This document shows, piece after piece, positions 17,401-27,547 of a stretch of 58,196 nucleotides of DNA (the first letter of the stretch is position 1; every line of letters starts with the position of its first letter). Origin of the DNA: a virus (taxonomy: Duplodnaviria; Caudoviricetes); IMG/VR virus record IMGVR_UViG_3300032087_000460, positions 1 through 58,196 of that record. One strand, 5' to 3'. The position numbers were made by a program, and so were the translations under genes. Under the pieces are notes generated by a model. That model searched no databases. It saw only the letters and a program-made list of their open reading frames with translations, and had not been told where the DNA came from.

Positions 17401-18478
17401 TCTACCTCGTTACGTTCATCGTGTTACCTACAAGAACAGGAGGATTGGATACAGATTTGTACCACCTCAGAAATACATCGATGCAGGCATCGCTGAACGT
17501 AAGACATTTGGGGCGCAGATACATCGCATTCGTGAGTGGCTTGAGCCTGTGTATAAGTCTATGGATAAGTTCGATGAGGACAACAGGGTATCCAGTCTTC
17601 GATCTAATAGTCGTGTGTCTCACTTGATTGAACACTATAAATTCTATAGCAATTTCAAGGACTTAGCAGACACTACTGTACGGGACTATGAGTATATGTT
17701 TGGGTTTATGATCAAGCATTCGAAGGATTGTCCTGTGGATAAAATTGATGTGTCGAAGGCCCGTATGATGTACGAGGAAGTACGAGATTTGCATGGTTTG
17801 CATGTTAGCTCCAAGTTAGTTCGGGTGTCACGAATAGTATTCAATCATGCTTTGGATTTAGATTTGATACCAAACAATCCTTTCAGTCGGGTGAAGGCTA
17901 AGACGCCTAGACCACGACGAGTACTATGGACGGACGAGCAAGTCAACTTGTTCTTGACTGTTGCGTACAATAATTGGGAATGGAGAAGTATTGGTTTGAT
18001 ATGTCAGATGGCGTATGCATGGGTGCAACGTGTAAATGACATACGATTGCTTACGTGGGACAGTCTTGATCTTAGTAGTAAAAGAACAGCTACGATCAAT
18101 CAAACTAAACGGGGTGCAACGGTATACCTTCCGATTGCTGATGACCTACACAAAATGTTATTGGAACAAGAGCAGGACTTTGGCTTTCAGAAGTACGTAG
18201 CACCGCGAGTTCACCCTCAAGGTGGGGAGTTCTACCCTTACTCAAGAGAAGAGGTCTCACGCCTCGCTAAAGACGTTTTAAAGGCTGCAGGACTACCAAC
18301 TAATCTATGGCTAAGTGACCTGCGACGAACTGGTACTACACAGATGGTGGAGAATGGTGTACCTGTTACTTCGATCATGCAGGTTACAGGACATTCGGAC
18401 CCTTCGGCGTTAAGCCCTTACATAAAAAATACGCTAAAAGGTGCAACAGAAGCATTAAATTCTAGAAGGGGGTGTTGA
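17393..18478 (+). CDS. int: Tyrosine recombinase / integrase
   Basis: QRVNDI (R), QTKRG (K), DLRRTG (HxxR with D in place of H), TGH, and PY (catalytic Tyr). Confidence 0.88.
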   Translation: MSDLPRYVHRVTYKNRRIGYRFVPPQKYIDAGIAERKTFGAQIHRIREWLEPVYKSMDKFDEDNRVSSLRSNSRVSHLIEHYKFYSNFKDLADTTVRDYEYMFGFMIKHSKDCPVDKIDVSKARMMYEEVRDLHGLHVSSKLVRVSRIVFNHALDLDLIPNNPFSRVKAKTPRPRRVLWTDEQVNLFLTVAYNNWEWRSIGLICQMAYAWVQRVNDIRLLTWDSLDLSSKRTATINQTKRGATVYLPIADDLHKMLLEQEQDFGFQKYVAPRVHPQGGEFYPYSREEVSRLAKDVLKAAGLPTNLWLSDLRRTGTTQMVENGVPVTSIMQVTGHSDPSALSPYIKNTLKGATEALNSRRGC

Positions 18479-18540
18479 CGGTTCTGCGAATCCGTGATAA
18501 AAGCTTAACCAGAAGCCGAGTAAAAAGGAGAGTATATAAT

Positions 18541-19320
18541 ATGAATATATTAAACATAGTTAAAGACTTAGAGTTAAGTGTAGGTAGAACTATTAGAATG
18601 GATTGTCCTAACTGTAAGGGTTCTAATACTTTTACTGCTACAAATATGGCGGGTGAGCTTCTGTGGAATTGTTACAAGGCAGGTTGTAACATCAAAGGTA
18701 GAACCAAGGTTAATATGTCAGCTAAGGACATTAAAGCTAAGATGGTATCTACAAGATGGGATGAGTTACCTTCCTATTCTGTAAAGTCTACTGAATTTGT
18801 AAGGCCTAATTACATTGTAAACGATAAGCCGCCTAAATTATTTCAGTGGTGTGAGATGTGGGGCGTTGACACAAATGATGTTCTGTACGATATTCGTGAT
18901 GATCGTGTTGTGTTTCCGATTCATCACGATGGTAAGCTAGTGGATGCAGCAGGACGCGCGATGGGCCACAGATTACCAAAGTGGAAACGGTACAATGATT
19001 CGGGCTTGCCTTACCACAAAGGTGGTGGTACGGTGGGAGTGCTGGTGGAGGACTGCATCAGCGCGTATGTGATCGGGAGCGATGAACGAGTAGGGGTAGC
19101 ATTACTCGGTACATCTTTATCGGAGTTGCACAAAGTGTATCTCTCCCGCTTCGATAAAGTTATCGTCGCTCTCGATCCTGACGCATTACCGAAGACACTT
19201 CAAATAGCGGGGAAGTTACGATCTGTCATACCAGATGTGCGTGTTTTGCGTTTGTCTGATGACTTGAAATATGGTAGAACTGTGGACTTAGAAGAGTTGG
19301 AGAGACTCATATGGAATTAG
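18541..19320 (+). CDS. DNA primase (Zn finger + TOPRIM)
   Basis: CPNC...CYKAGC, LVED, ALLGT, ALDPDA. Confidence 0.85.
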   Translation: MNILNIVKDLELSVGRTIRMDCPNCKGSNTFTATNMAGELLWNCYKAGCNIKGRTKVNMSAKDIKAKMVSTRWDELPSYSVKSTEFVRPNYIVNDKPPKLFQWCEMWGVDTNDVLYDIRDDRVVFPIHHDGKLVDAAGRAMGHRLPKWKRYNDSGLPYHKGGGTVGVLVEDCISAYVIGSDERVGVALLGTSLSELHKVYLSRFDKVIVALDPDALPKTLQIAGKLRSVIPDVRVLRLSDDLKYGRTVDLEELERLIWN

Positions 19321-20534
19321 CAATATTAAGATCCTTAATGGATAAAGAGTTTTACGATGACCATCGTGGAGCTAAATGTCCTGACCGTATCTTTTCTTCT
19401 GACGGAAAGAAGATTAAACAAACCATAGATGCAGCAATGGAAAGCTATGGTAGGACTGTACAGACTGATGAGATTGAAGCTATCTTTATGGCTAACAATC
19501 CTTCGATGACTACAGCACAGAAGGCTGCATACTCATCCTTGTTTGATAACATACGTAGGCAAGAACCTATGGGTTCTGACGTAGCTGAAGATGTTTTCAT
19601 CAAGATGTTTCAACAAGTAGTAGGTGAGGACATAGCCAACTTAGGTTTTGATTACGTAAATGGAACTGAGACAAGCCTCGAACCTTTACGTGAATTGTTG
19701 GAGAACCATCAGGATAACTTCCTGCCACAATTACGTGTAGAGTGGGAAGACATATCGCTAGAAACTTTATTAGCTAAGAATGCTCTAGAGACTAGATGGT
19801 CTTTTAACATATCCTCATTGGCACGTAAGGTTCCGGGTATCAATGGAGGACATCTTGTTGAGATTGGAGCAAGGCCAAACACAGGTAAGACTTCTTTTCA
19901 TGCCAGTCTTGTGTGTGGACCCGGTGGCTTTGCTGAACAAGGTGCTAAGTGTGTAGTACTCTGTAATGAGGAGGCAGCACATCGCGTTGGTGCTAGATAC
20001 CTTACAGCGGCATTGGGTGCTGACGTACACAACATTAGTCAGAATAAAGAAGCTGCTTTACGTAAGTGGCAAATGATGAAAGAGAGTGTCTTCATCAAGG
20101 ACTCAACAGGCAAAGACATGGCATGGGTTGAGTCACTCTGTAAGACATTCAAGCCTGACGTTATGGTGTTAGACATGGGCGATAAGTTTGCTAAGACTGG
20201 TGGCTTTGCACGTATGGACGAAGCGCTAAAGGCTAACGCAATCTATGCAAGACAGATCGCTAAGACGTATGACTGTGCTGTACTGTATATGTCACAGCTA
20301 TCTGCCGACGCTGAAAACAAGGTAGTACTCAATCAGGCAATGATGGAAGGCAGTCGTACAGGCAAAGCAGCGGAAGCTGACCTCATGGTTCTGATTGCTA
20401 AGAACCCTTTTGTTGAAGGACAAGAGGAAGAAGATAGACAGCGCCACTTAAACGTGGTAAAGAATAAATTAACAGGATGGCATGGTATAGTTCATTGTGA
20501 GCTAGACTATAAAGTCGGACGATATACATCATAG
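19311..20534 (+). CDS. DnaB-like replicative helicase
   Basis: Walker A ARPNTGKT, CNEE, LDMGD, SQLS, KNK. Confidence 0.9.
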   Translation: MELAILRSLMDKEFYDDHRGAKCPDRIFSSDGKKIKQTIDAAMESYGRTVQTDEIEAIFMANNPSMTTAQKAAYSSLFDNIRRQEPMGSDVAEDVFIKMFQQVVGEDIANLGFDYVNGTETSLEPLRELLENHQDNFLPQLRVEWEDISLETLLAKNALETRWSFNISSLARKVPGINGGHLVEIGARPNTGKTSFHASLVCGPGGFAEQGAKCVVLCNEEAAHRVGARYLTAALGADVHNISQNKEAALRKWQMMKESVFIKDSTGKDMAWVESLCKTFKPDVMVLDMGDKFAKTGGFARMDEALKANAIYARQIAKTYDCAVLYMSQLSADAENKVVLNQAMMEGSRTGKAAEADLMVLIAKNPFVEGQEEEDRQRHLNVVKNKLTGWHGIVHCELDYKVGRYTS

Positions 20535-20543
20535 GGGATACTC

Positions 20544-20789
20544 ATGGTAGAACGTACACCAACTAAACTTCCGAAGTTGAAGTCAACCTTTGATAAGCCA
20601 GTCAAAGTTTTCATAGCTACTACGGACACAGGCACTAGCAACAGTAACGTGCCACAACTTGTGTGCGATAACATCGTTGGCATTGTATACGCTGACAAAG
20701 GTATACAGTTACACAGGCATGATGAGCATGTTGTCTTCGTTCGATATGAGACAATGAAATACTTTGCAACGGAGCCAATGAATGTCTAA
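20544..20789 (+). CDS. Hypothetical protein
   Basis: 81-aa ORF with RBS. Confidence 0.6.
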   Translation: MVERTPTKLPKLKSTFDKPVKVFIATTDTGTSNSNVPQLVCDNIVGIVYADKGIQLHRHDEHVVFVRYETMKYFATEPMNV

Positions 20790-21237
20790 CTTCAAACTTA
20801 GTGGTAGATCCATAATGAGATTGAATGGCGTGAAGGATGAGCTACGTGAGGTAGTCATGCGCGCCATTGAACTAACTAGAGTAGACTTCGGCGTGATCGA
20901 AGGACTACGTACGGAAAAGCGTCAGAAAGAATTGTTGGCTTCTGGTGCATCACAAACCATGAAGTCTAAGCACCTCACTGGTGATGCAGTAGACTTGATG
21001 GCGTACATAGGTTCGCGCGGTTCATGGGAACTTAATTTGTATGACGATATTGCTGACGCCATGAAGGAAGCTGCAATCGAACAAGATGTAGGCATCCGGT
21101 GGGGCGCAGCATGGAACGTGAGTGACCTTCGTAATTGGGGGGACACTATGGACGAAGCAATGAACTATTACATTGACACTCGACGTAACGAAGGACGTAG
21201 GCCGTTCATTGATGCCCCACATTTTGAACTGATATAG
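20782..21237 (+). CDS. Endolysin, M15 family (L-Ala-D-Glu peptidase-like)
   Basis: EGLRT..RQ, SKHLTGDAVD, IRWG, DAPHFEL. Confidence 0.9.
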   Translation: MSNFKLSGRSIMRLNGVKDELREVVMRAIELTRVDFGVIEGLRTEKRQKELLASGASQTMKSKHLTGDAVDLMAYIGSRGSWELNLYDDIADAMKEAAIEQDVGIRWGAAWNVSDLRNWGDTMDEAMNYYIDTRRNEGRRPFIDAPHFELI

Positions 21238-21242
21238 GTGCT

Positions 21243-21437
21243 GTGATGGAAGACGAATGGGAATACTGGATTGAACCAATCAACGGATGGAAGTATGGAT
21301 TTCCTAAACGTATTCCATCACACATAACACTTGATAAAGTATATGAATGGTTGCCAGACAATGGTTTGTCTAGTGGTGAGTTGATAGGCAACAAACTATT
21401 TGACTATAAAATCTGGAGAAAGAAAGCCAATGTCTGA
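21243..21437 (+). CDS. Hypothetical protein
   Basis: WIEPINGWKYGFPK motif. Confidence 0.55.
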   Translation: MMEDEWEYWIEPINGWKYGFPKRIPSHITLDKVYEWLPDNGLSSGELIGNKLFDYKIWRKKANV

Positions 21438-22107
21438 GGTAAAGTTAGCAGGTTTCACACGGGCAGTAGAAGGCGGATCAGTAACTAACAATCTTGTAGA
21501 CCTCGTTGCCTACTATGCCCGTGTGTCCAATCCAACGTCGCAGATAAGTGCATTGAATAATGAGAAGCTAATTAAGTATCTGATTAGACACAAGCACTGG
21601 TCTCCGTTTGAGATGGTGAACATATGTCTGGACATCGTGACGACACGGGACATATCACACCAGATTATTAGGCACAGAACTTTCTCGTTTCAAGAATTCA
21701 GTCAGCGGTACTCAGCAACTGAAGTTGTAAACGAAATACGTGAGACTAGATTGCAGGACAACACTAATAGGCAGAACTCTCTTCCAAATGATAATGAAGT
21801 TCTGGACAAGTGGTGGATTGGCCAACAGTCAGACGTTATGGATACAGCATATAAGTTGTACGACGCTGCACTGAAGAAAGGCATAGCTAAAGAACAAGCG
21901 CGTGTGATACTACCAGAAGGTTTAACACGCACTAGACTATACATGAATGGATCACTACGTAGTTGGATACATTATGTAGAGCTACGAACTGATCCCGCTA
22001 CACAGAAAGAACATCGTATTGTGGCACAGCAATGTGCGGAAGCAATAGAGGTAGTGTTTCCAATGATTGTAAACTTTAAATGGGACGATCAAGATGCCGA
22101 AGCTTGA
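21430..22107 (+). CDS. thyX: Flavin-dependent thymidylate synthase
   Basis: HWSPFE, RHRTFSFQEFSQRY, EQARVILP, TQKEHR. Confidence 0.95.
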   Translation: MSEVKLAGFTRAVEGGSVTNNLVDLVAYYARVSNPTSQISALNNEKLIKYLIRHKHWSPFEMVNICLDIVTTRDISHQIIRHRTFSFQEFSQRYSATEVVNEIRETRLQDNTNRQNSLPNDNEVLDKWWIGQQSDVMDTAYKLYDAALKKGIAKEQARVILPEGLTRTRLYMNGSLRSWIHYVELRTDPATQKEHRIVAQQCAEAIEVVFPMIVNFKWDDQDAEA

Positions 22108-22390
22108 GCAACCAATGCGGTTAGAAACATATGTAGACATAAATGATGATGGTGACTTAGACGTTTTAGTTTTTATGGGGCAGGATAACCCGATATTAGA
22201 ACGGGTTATATCCTTCGATAAATTATTGGAGGAATTTACAGATCATGCTGTCTTTGAATGGGGCGTAAAACATTCAGGTGAAGATCTTTATGAAGATGAA
22301 AACTGGAAAGCTTTTCATCAAGACAGAGGATATATCTTGGACAAAATGCGTGACCTCATTGACAAGTATGACAAACGCAAGGAGAAGTAA
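22094..22390 (+). CDS. Acidic hypothetical protein
   Basis: 98-aa ORF. Confidence 0.6.
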   Translation: MPKLEQPMRLETYVDINDDGDLDVLVFMGQDNPILERVISFDKLLEEFTDHAVFEWGVKHSGEDLYEDENWKAFHQDRGYILDKMRDLIDKYDKRKEK

Positions 22391-22393
22391 CCA

Positions 22394-22519
22394 ATGAAGT
22401 TTAACCTTAAAGATAAGCTTATCTCAGCTATGGAGGTACTGGGAGCGGCAACAGCAGTAGGATGTGGATGGGCGTTGATATGGGCGGTGGCTCTATTGGC
22501 TAGTCCTATTTACTACTAG
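22394..22519 (+). CDS. Small membrane peptide (41 aa, not in the ORF track)
   Basis: GGAG RBS; one hydrophobic helix. Confidence 0.45.
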   Translation: MKFNLKDKLISAMEVLGAATAVGCGWALIWAVALLASPIYY

Positions 22520-22524
22520 TACTC

Positions 22525-22698
22525 ATGTCCCCAGAAGTTGAGATGCTGGCTAAATTAGCCAAACTAATCATGTCGCAGCAAATGTACGATGAGGACTTTT
22601 CTGCCGAAGAAATGATGGCAATATGGGAAGCTCATCAAAACCTGCTTGACTTCTGGGAAAGAGTAGTTCATTACAGAGTGGATGACGAAGTGCATTAG
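22525..22698 (+). CDS. Hypothetical protein (57 aa, not in the ORF track)
   Basis: MSPEVEMLAKLAK... fills the gap before the polymerase. Confidence 0.45.
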   Translation: MSPEVEMLAKLAKLIMSQQMYDEDFSAEEMMAIWEAHQNLLDFWERVVHYRVDDEVH

Positions 22699-22707
22699 GA
22701 GGGATTG

Positions 22708-24744
22708 ATGAAGGTAGTTCTTGACGTAGAGAATACAGTTACAGAACGTGGAGGAAAATTACACCTAGACCCTTATGAACCCACTAATGCACTAGTCATG
22801 GTGGGTGTTTTATTCGATACAGGAGAACATCGTGTATTCACATTTAACCACTCTGAGAAACAAGCTGACAGCGTTGAGGATTTACACAGCATACTTTCTG
22901 AATGCACTGTGCTTATCGGGCATAATCTTGCACATGACCTCGCATGGTTGTGGGAAACAGGGTTCCAATACGACGGAGCAATCTGGGACACGATGGTGGC
23001 CGAGTACGTTTTACAAGAAGGTCAGAAGAACCCTCTCTCGTTAGACGCATGTTCGGAGCGATATGACCTAACAGTTAAAAAGCAAGACACATTACATAAC
23101 TATCTGAAAAAAGGTTATAGTGTTGCAGATGTGCCACACTCTGAACTTACTGAGTATTTGATTGCTGACTTGAAGGCAACACAAGAGCTTGCTGCACTGC
23201 AGCGTGTCAAACTATTATCTAGTAATTACAGTAACTTGATGCCAACTGTTGAACTAACTAATCAAGTTACTAAAACTCTAGCACGTATGAATCAGAAGGG
23301 CATCAAGGTTGATCGAGATGCTCTCAATGAGGTTCGTGAGGAGTTTGAACGTGAGCGTAATGACCTAGTCACAGAGTTAGACCACATTGCGCGTGACTTG
23401 ATGGGTGACTATCCCCTCAATCTAAACAGCCCAGAACAACTCTCTTGGCTAATCTATTCCCGCAAACCTAAAGACAAAAAGAACTGGGCAGATAACTTCA
23501 CTGATCGTATGGCAGACAGCGACTTTAGATCTACCGTGTCTTCACTGTCTCAAGTTATGTACAAACAAAAAGCCAAACAATGTAAGACTTGCTTCGGTAC
23601 AGGTAAGGTACGCAAGACTAAAAAGAATGGTGAGCCTTTTGCAAGACCTAGTAAATGTAGTATGTGCGAAGGCGAAGGCTGCTTGTATGAAGCTACAGAT
23701 CAGATAGCAGGTCTTAAATTTAATCCGCCTAATCCTAAATGGGTTAGCGCTAATGGCTTCAGCACTAACAAGAATGATCTGACACTGTTAGCTGCGGCTG
23801 CTACTAGAAGTAAGAATACAGTAGCACAAAACTTCCTAAGTAAAGTAACAAGACTGAGTGCAGTAGAAACTTATCTCTCTTCATTCGTAGACGGTATTGA
23901 TACCTTCACGAAAGCTGACGGTATGCTACACGTACAACTAACACAGACCGTTACATCTACTGGCAGGTTTTCAGGACGTAATCCTAACATGCAGAACATG
24001 CCGAGAGGCGGTACATTTCCAGTTAAGAAATGTTTCGTGTCTCGTTGGAAAGGCGGTAGCATACTTGAAGCTGACTTTGCACAGCTAGAGTTTCGTGTAG
24101 CTGCCTTCCTATCACAGGACAAACTAGCTATAGAAGAGGTGAGTAATGGGTTCGACGTACACTCCTATACTGCAAAGGTTATCAGTGATGCAGGCCAGCC
24201 TACGTCGCGCCAACAGGCGAAGGCACACACATTCGCCCCACTATATGGAGCCACAGGGTTCGGACGTTCTCCTTCAGAGGCAAGATATTATGAACACTTC
24301 GGCGAGAAGTACAGAGGAATATCCAGATGGCATACAGAACTTGCCAGAGAAGCCCTCAACGACGGAAGAATAACAACGCCGTCTGGTAGGTCATTTGCCT
24401 TTCCTGAAGTAGAAAGACGGGCTAACGGTACTCCTACGTACTTTACACAGATTAAGAACTATCCTGTACAGTCATTTGCTACTGCTGACATTGTGCCGCT
24501 TGCTCTTCTGTACATAGAGAAGCAGCTTGAGCGTAAGGACACATGCATTGTAAATACTGTACATGACTCAATCGTTTTAGATGTACATCCAACGGAGGTA
24601 AACTTTGCACTGAATGTAATACAAGACACAAATAAAAATCTTAAAAGCCTTATTGACATTCAATGGGGAATAGATTTTAATGTGCCATTGCTTTTAGAGG
24701 CTAAAATTGGCCCTAACTGGCTTGACACTAAAGACGTGAACTGA
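22708..24744 (+). CDS. polA: Family A DNA polymerase with inserted DnaJ-like Cys finger
   Basis: Exonuclease LDVE/GHNL/DT, TGRFSG..PNMQN, ADFAQLE, RQQAKAHTFAPLYG, NYPVQS, TVHDS; insert CKTCFGTG...CSMCEGEG. Confidence 0.95.
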   Translation: MKVVLDVENTVTERGGKLHLDPYEPTNALVMVGVLFDTGEHRVFTFNHSEKQADSVEDLHSILSECTVLIGHNLAHDLAWLWETGFQYDGAIWDTMVAEYVLQEGQKNPLSLDACSERYDLTVKKQDTLHNYLKKGYSVADVPHSELTEYLIADLKATQELAALQRVKLLSSNYSNLMPTVELTNQVTKTLARMNQKGIKVDRDALNEVREEFERERNDLVTELDHIARDLMGDYPLNLNSPEQLSWLIYSRKPKDKKNWADNFTDRMADSDFRSTVSSLSQVMYKQKAKQCKTCFGTGKVRKTKKNGEPFARPSKCSMCEGEGCLYEATDQIAGLKFNPPNPKWVSANGFSTNKNDLTLLAAAATRSKNTVAQNFLSKVTRLSAVETYLSSFVDGIDTFTKADGMLHVQLTQTVTSTGRFSGRNPNMQNMPRGGTFPVKKCFVSRWKGGSILEADFAQLEFRVAAFLSQDKLAIEEVSNGFDVHSYTAKVISDAGQPTSRQQAKAHTFAPLYGATGFGRSPSEARYYEHFGEKYRGISRWHTELAREALNDGRITTPSGRSFAFPEVERRANGTPTYFTQIKNYPVQSFATADIVPLALLYIEKQLERKDTCIVNTVHDSIVLDVHPTEVNFALNVIQDTNKNLKSLIDIQWGIDFNVPLLLEAKIGPNWLDTKDVN

Positions 24745-24750
24745 TATAAC
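24722..24750 (+). promoter_or_regulatory. Sigma70-type promoter TTGACA-17-TATAAC
   Basis: Near-consensus hexamers overlapping the polA end, upstream of the SSB-like gene. Confidence 0.6.
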
Positions 24751-24774
24751 TTCGGACTCTTGAAAGGAAAAAGA

Positions 24775-25674
24775 ATGAACGAAGTAGCAACATTAGAAGG
24801 TAGTAACTTTGCAGAACTTGCTCGGCTTGCAGGTATGGCTACAGGTGCAGGAGAGAAGAAAACATCTTCACTTATGCGTCTAGCACTACAACATAAGCCA
24901 CTTTCAGCTAAACAGGAAGTAAAAGGCAAGCAAGTAAATGTAGAGGTAGTCGAAGCTGGAAGTTTTCGCATTGAAGAGATGGTAGCTGATGGCAAAAAGA
25001 TTTACTCTACTGACGTAACTCTACGTCCATTCATGCAGCGTGTGTACTATAGACGCTTTGTGATGGGCGATGGAGACACGCCTAATCGGTTTATGAAAAC
25101 CGTGATGGCTAATGATCTGAAGTCAGAACTTAAAGATACGGACGGTGGTTTCAACTGTGGTAAACCAAGTACATTCTTTGAGGACTGGAATCAGGTTCCT
25201 GATAAGATCAAGGCAGTTATTCGTGCCACTAAACGCACTCGTGCAATCTTTGGTACGGCCACTGTTAATGGTGCAATGGACGCTGAAGGTAATCCTGTTG
25301 ACTCTCCGAATCCAATTCCTGTTATATGGGAAGTGGACAACAAGGAAGCTTTCAATGCTGTAAATGCACCATTTAACAAACTGTTTAAAATGCAAGCTCT
25401 CCCCATGAGCTATAACATTTTACTGTCCTCTGAAGCCCGTTCATTACCTAACGGGGAAAACTTCTACGTACCTAGAGTACAGCTTGACCTTAAAAATAAG
25501 CTCGAATTAACTGAGAGCGATCAGGAAACATTTACTAACTTCCTTGACTGGATTAAGGACCACAACACCTACGTGTTGGGCAAGTGGGACGAAAACAATG
25601 TTCAAGACGTTGATGATTCCACAAAGGATTTAGTAAATGAGTTCATCGACGTAACCACTGAAGAGGCTGCGTAA
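24775..25674 (+). CDS. Putative ssDNA-binding protein
   Basis: Position between polymerase and exonuclease; acidic C-terminal tail. Confidence 0.55.
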   Translation: MNEVATLEGSNFAELARLAGMATGAGEKKTSSLMRLALQHKPLSAKQEVKGKQVNVEVVEAGSFRIEEMVADGKKIYSTDVTLRPFMQRVYYRRFVMGDGDTPNRFMKTVMANDLKSELKDTDGGFNCGKPSTFFEDWNQVPDKIKAVIRATKRTRAIFGTATVNGAMDAEGNPVDSPNPIPVIWEVDNKEAFNAVNAPFNKLFKMQALPMSYNILLSSEARSLPNGENFYVPRVQLDLKNKLELTESDQETFTNFLDWIKDHNTYVLGKWDENNVQDVDDSTKDLVNEFIDVTTEEAA

Positions 25675-26534
25675 TGAACCATCCCGCTGAACTGATGTTG
25701 CATAAACTGCTTTCCGATATGCGCGATGGCACTGCCTCAATGTCTGATTCCTCCATTGAGCAAATTGTGTCTGACGTGCGGGACGCATTGCAACGTCAGT
25801 TTGGTGGGGAAGGGCAGAAAGAATTTAGACTGCGTATGTCTAATATCGGACGCCCATATTGCCAGCTTTGGTATCAGAAGAATAAGCCTGAAGCAGGCCG
25901 TTCCTTACCTACTACCTTTATTATGAACATGATGTTGGGCGACATTGTTGAGGCAGTGTTTAAGGGTCTTCTTACCGAAGCTGGAGTAGCTTATGACAAT
26001 AGTGAACACGTCACACTAGAACTTGAGGACGGTAAAGAAATAAACGGTACAACTGACCTTAGTATTGACGGTGCTGTAGATGACATTAAATCAGCTTCAC
26101 CGTGGTCATATAAATTTAAATTCAACGACTATGACACATTAAAGAAAGGGGATGCCTTCGGATACGTAGGTCAATTAGCGGGTTATGCAAAGGCTTCAAA
26201 CAAACGTGCAGGTGGCTGGTGGGTTGTCAATAAAGCCAACGGTCAGTTTAAATATGTACCTGCACAAGGTCTTGAAATTGACGAAGAAGTTACTAAATTA
26301 AATAATACGGCACAGCGTATGGATAGCAATGAGTTTGAGCGTTGCTACGAGCCTGAGTCTGAGTTCTTCAGAGGTAAGCCTACGGGCAATAAAATACTCG
26401 GCGCTGTCTGTAAATTCTGTGACTATAAAGAAGATTGTTGGGAGACGTTAGTAACGCGCCCATCAATACCTTCTTCAGCTAAAGAGCCACCAGAGGTGGA
26501 CTACGTATATATAGAGGAGAAATACAATGACTAA
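25674..26534 (+). CDS. PD-(D/E)XK exonuclease (Cas4-like)
   Basis: RMSNIGRPYC, GTTD...DDIKS, QLAGY, CKFCDYKEDC. Confidence 0.8.
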   Translation: MNHPAELMLHKLLSDMRDGTASMSDSSIEQIVSDVRDALQRQFGGEGQKEFRLRMSNIGRPYCQLWYQKNKPEAGRSLPTTFIMNMMLGDIVEAVFKGLLTEAGVAYDNSEHVTLELEDGKEINGTTDLSIDGAVDDIKSASPWSYKFKFNDYDTLKKGDAFGYVGQLAGYAKASNKRAGGWWVVNKANGQFKYVPAQGLEIDEEVTKLNNTAQRMDSNEFERCYEPESEFFRGKPTGNKILGAVCKFCDYKEDCWETLVTRPSIPSSAKEPPEVDYVYIEEKYND

Positions 26535-26748
26535 CTTATACGATGAACTTTCGCTAGACGAACTAGCAGAGCGCATTAAGAACATGCAGGAGGAACTTAC
26601 TGCTGCACGTAAAGAATATAACGAAAAGCGCACAGCTAATCTACGTAGCCTTATGGAAACACGTAGAGAGACGGAACGTGCTATTCGTGAAGAGATGATG
26701 AATCTCGGATACAAAACTTTTAAAGCAGGGAATATCTGGTCTTTCTAA
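26527..26748 (+). CDS. Coiled-coil hypothetical protein
   Basis: 73-aa coupled ORF. Confidence 0.65.
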   Translation: MTNLYDELSLDELAERIKNMQEELTAARKEYNEKRTANLRSLMETRRETERAIREEMMNLGYKTFKAGNIWSF

Positions 26749-27194
26749 TGGATGCAAAGCGTTTTCGCGCTGCACGTAAAAAGGGGTATAGGTCAGGGCT
26801 AGAACTAAAGATAGCTCAATCACTAGATAAAACGGGCGTCAAGTATACATACGAGAAGCTCAAGATTGAGTGGGAAGATCTAGCTTACAGGACTTATACC
26901 CCTGATTTCGTTTTAGCGAACAATATAATAATTGAAACAAAAGGGTTATTTACGTCAGCGGATAGGCGCAAGCATGTTGAGATTAAGAAACAACATCCTG
27001 AACTTGATATTCGTTTTGTTTTTGAAAATAGCAGACGTAAGTTATACAAGGGCGCTAAGAACACATACGCCAAGTGGTGTATACAGAAAGGCTTCTTATA
27101 CTATGACAGAATTATACCTGAAGACTGGTTGACTGAAGAACCTAACCCTGCTATTGCTAAATTCGTAGACTTCAAAGGAACAAAACGTAAATGA
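26748..27194 (+). CDS. T7 endonuclease I-like Holliday junction resolvase
   Basis: YRSGLE, YTPDF, IIETKG, DRRKH, LDIRFVF, IPEDW. Confidence 0.92.
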   Translation: MDAKRFRAARKKGYRSGLELKIAQSLDKTGVKYTYEKLKIEWEDLAYRTYTPDFVLANNIIIETKGLFTSADRRKHVEIKKQHPELDIRFVFENSRRKLYKGAKNTYAKWCIQKGFLYYDRIIPEDWLTEEPNPAIAKFVDFKGTKRK

Positions 27195-27547
27195 GTACAT
27201 TCAAAGAAGCATTTACCGAAGATAGTTTCTATTTGAAGTTTCAGCCTATCTTTGATCCACAAGGCGCGTGGACTGGAGACATAGATATATCTGCAATCAT
27301 ACATGACGATCATAGTTTGAGCTATGAAGAGTTAGGTGAGATGCTACACGTACTTCAAATGGTATGTGCTAGTGTCCCTCTGTATGAACAGGACGATGAA
27401 GTTAGAGAAAAGGCTATGGCCATAGTTGACTTAGCTATGGAAGATCCTAATGGAGAATATCTATTTAAGAAAGAAGATCAACAAAAAGCTAAACCGTCTG
27501 TTACTACTGAAGGTAACGTAATTAAACTGAGGTTTGACAATGATTGA
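27191..27547 (+). CDS. Hypothetical protein
   Basis: 118 aa ending in GNVIKLRF. Confidence 0.7.
   Translation: MSTFKEAFTEDSFYLKFQPIFDPQGAWTGDIDISAIIHDDHSLSYEELGEMLHVLQMVCASVPLYEQDDEVREKAMAIVDLAMEDPNGEYLFKKEDQQKAKPSVTTEGNVIKLRFDND

Noticed and set aside
18472-18540. tRNA-derived attP next to the integrase
   Set aside because: No T-loop or CCA-like sequence is recognisable. The gap looks like a weak promoter (TTGACG-17-TAAAAG) plus RBS. I did not recognise a tRNA gene anywhere in the window.
25674-26534. Cas4 as part of a CRISPR system
   Set aside because: No other cas genes or array are present; it sits in the standard phage replication exonuclease position.
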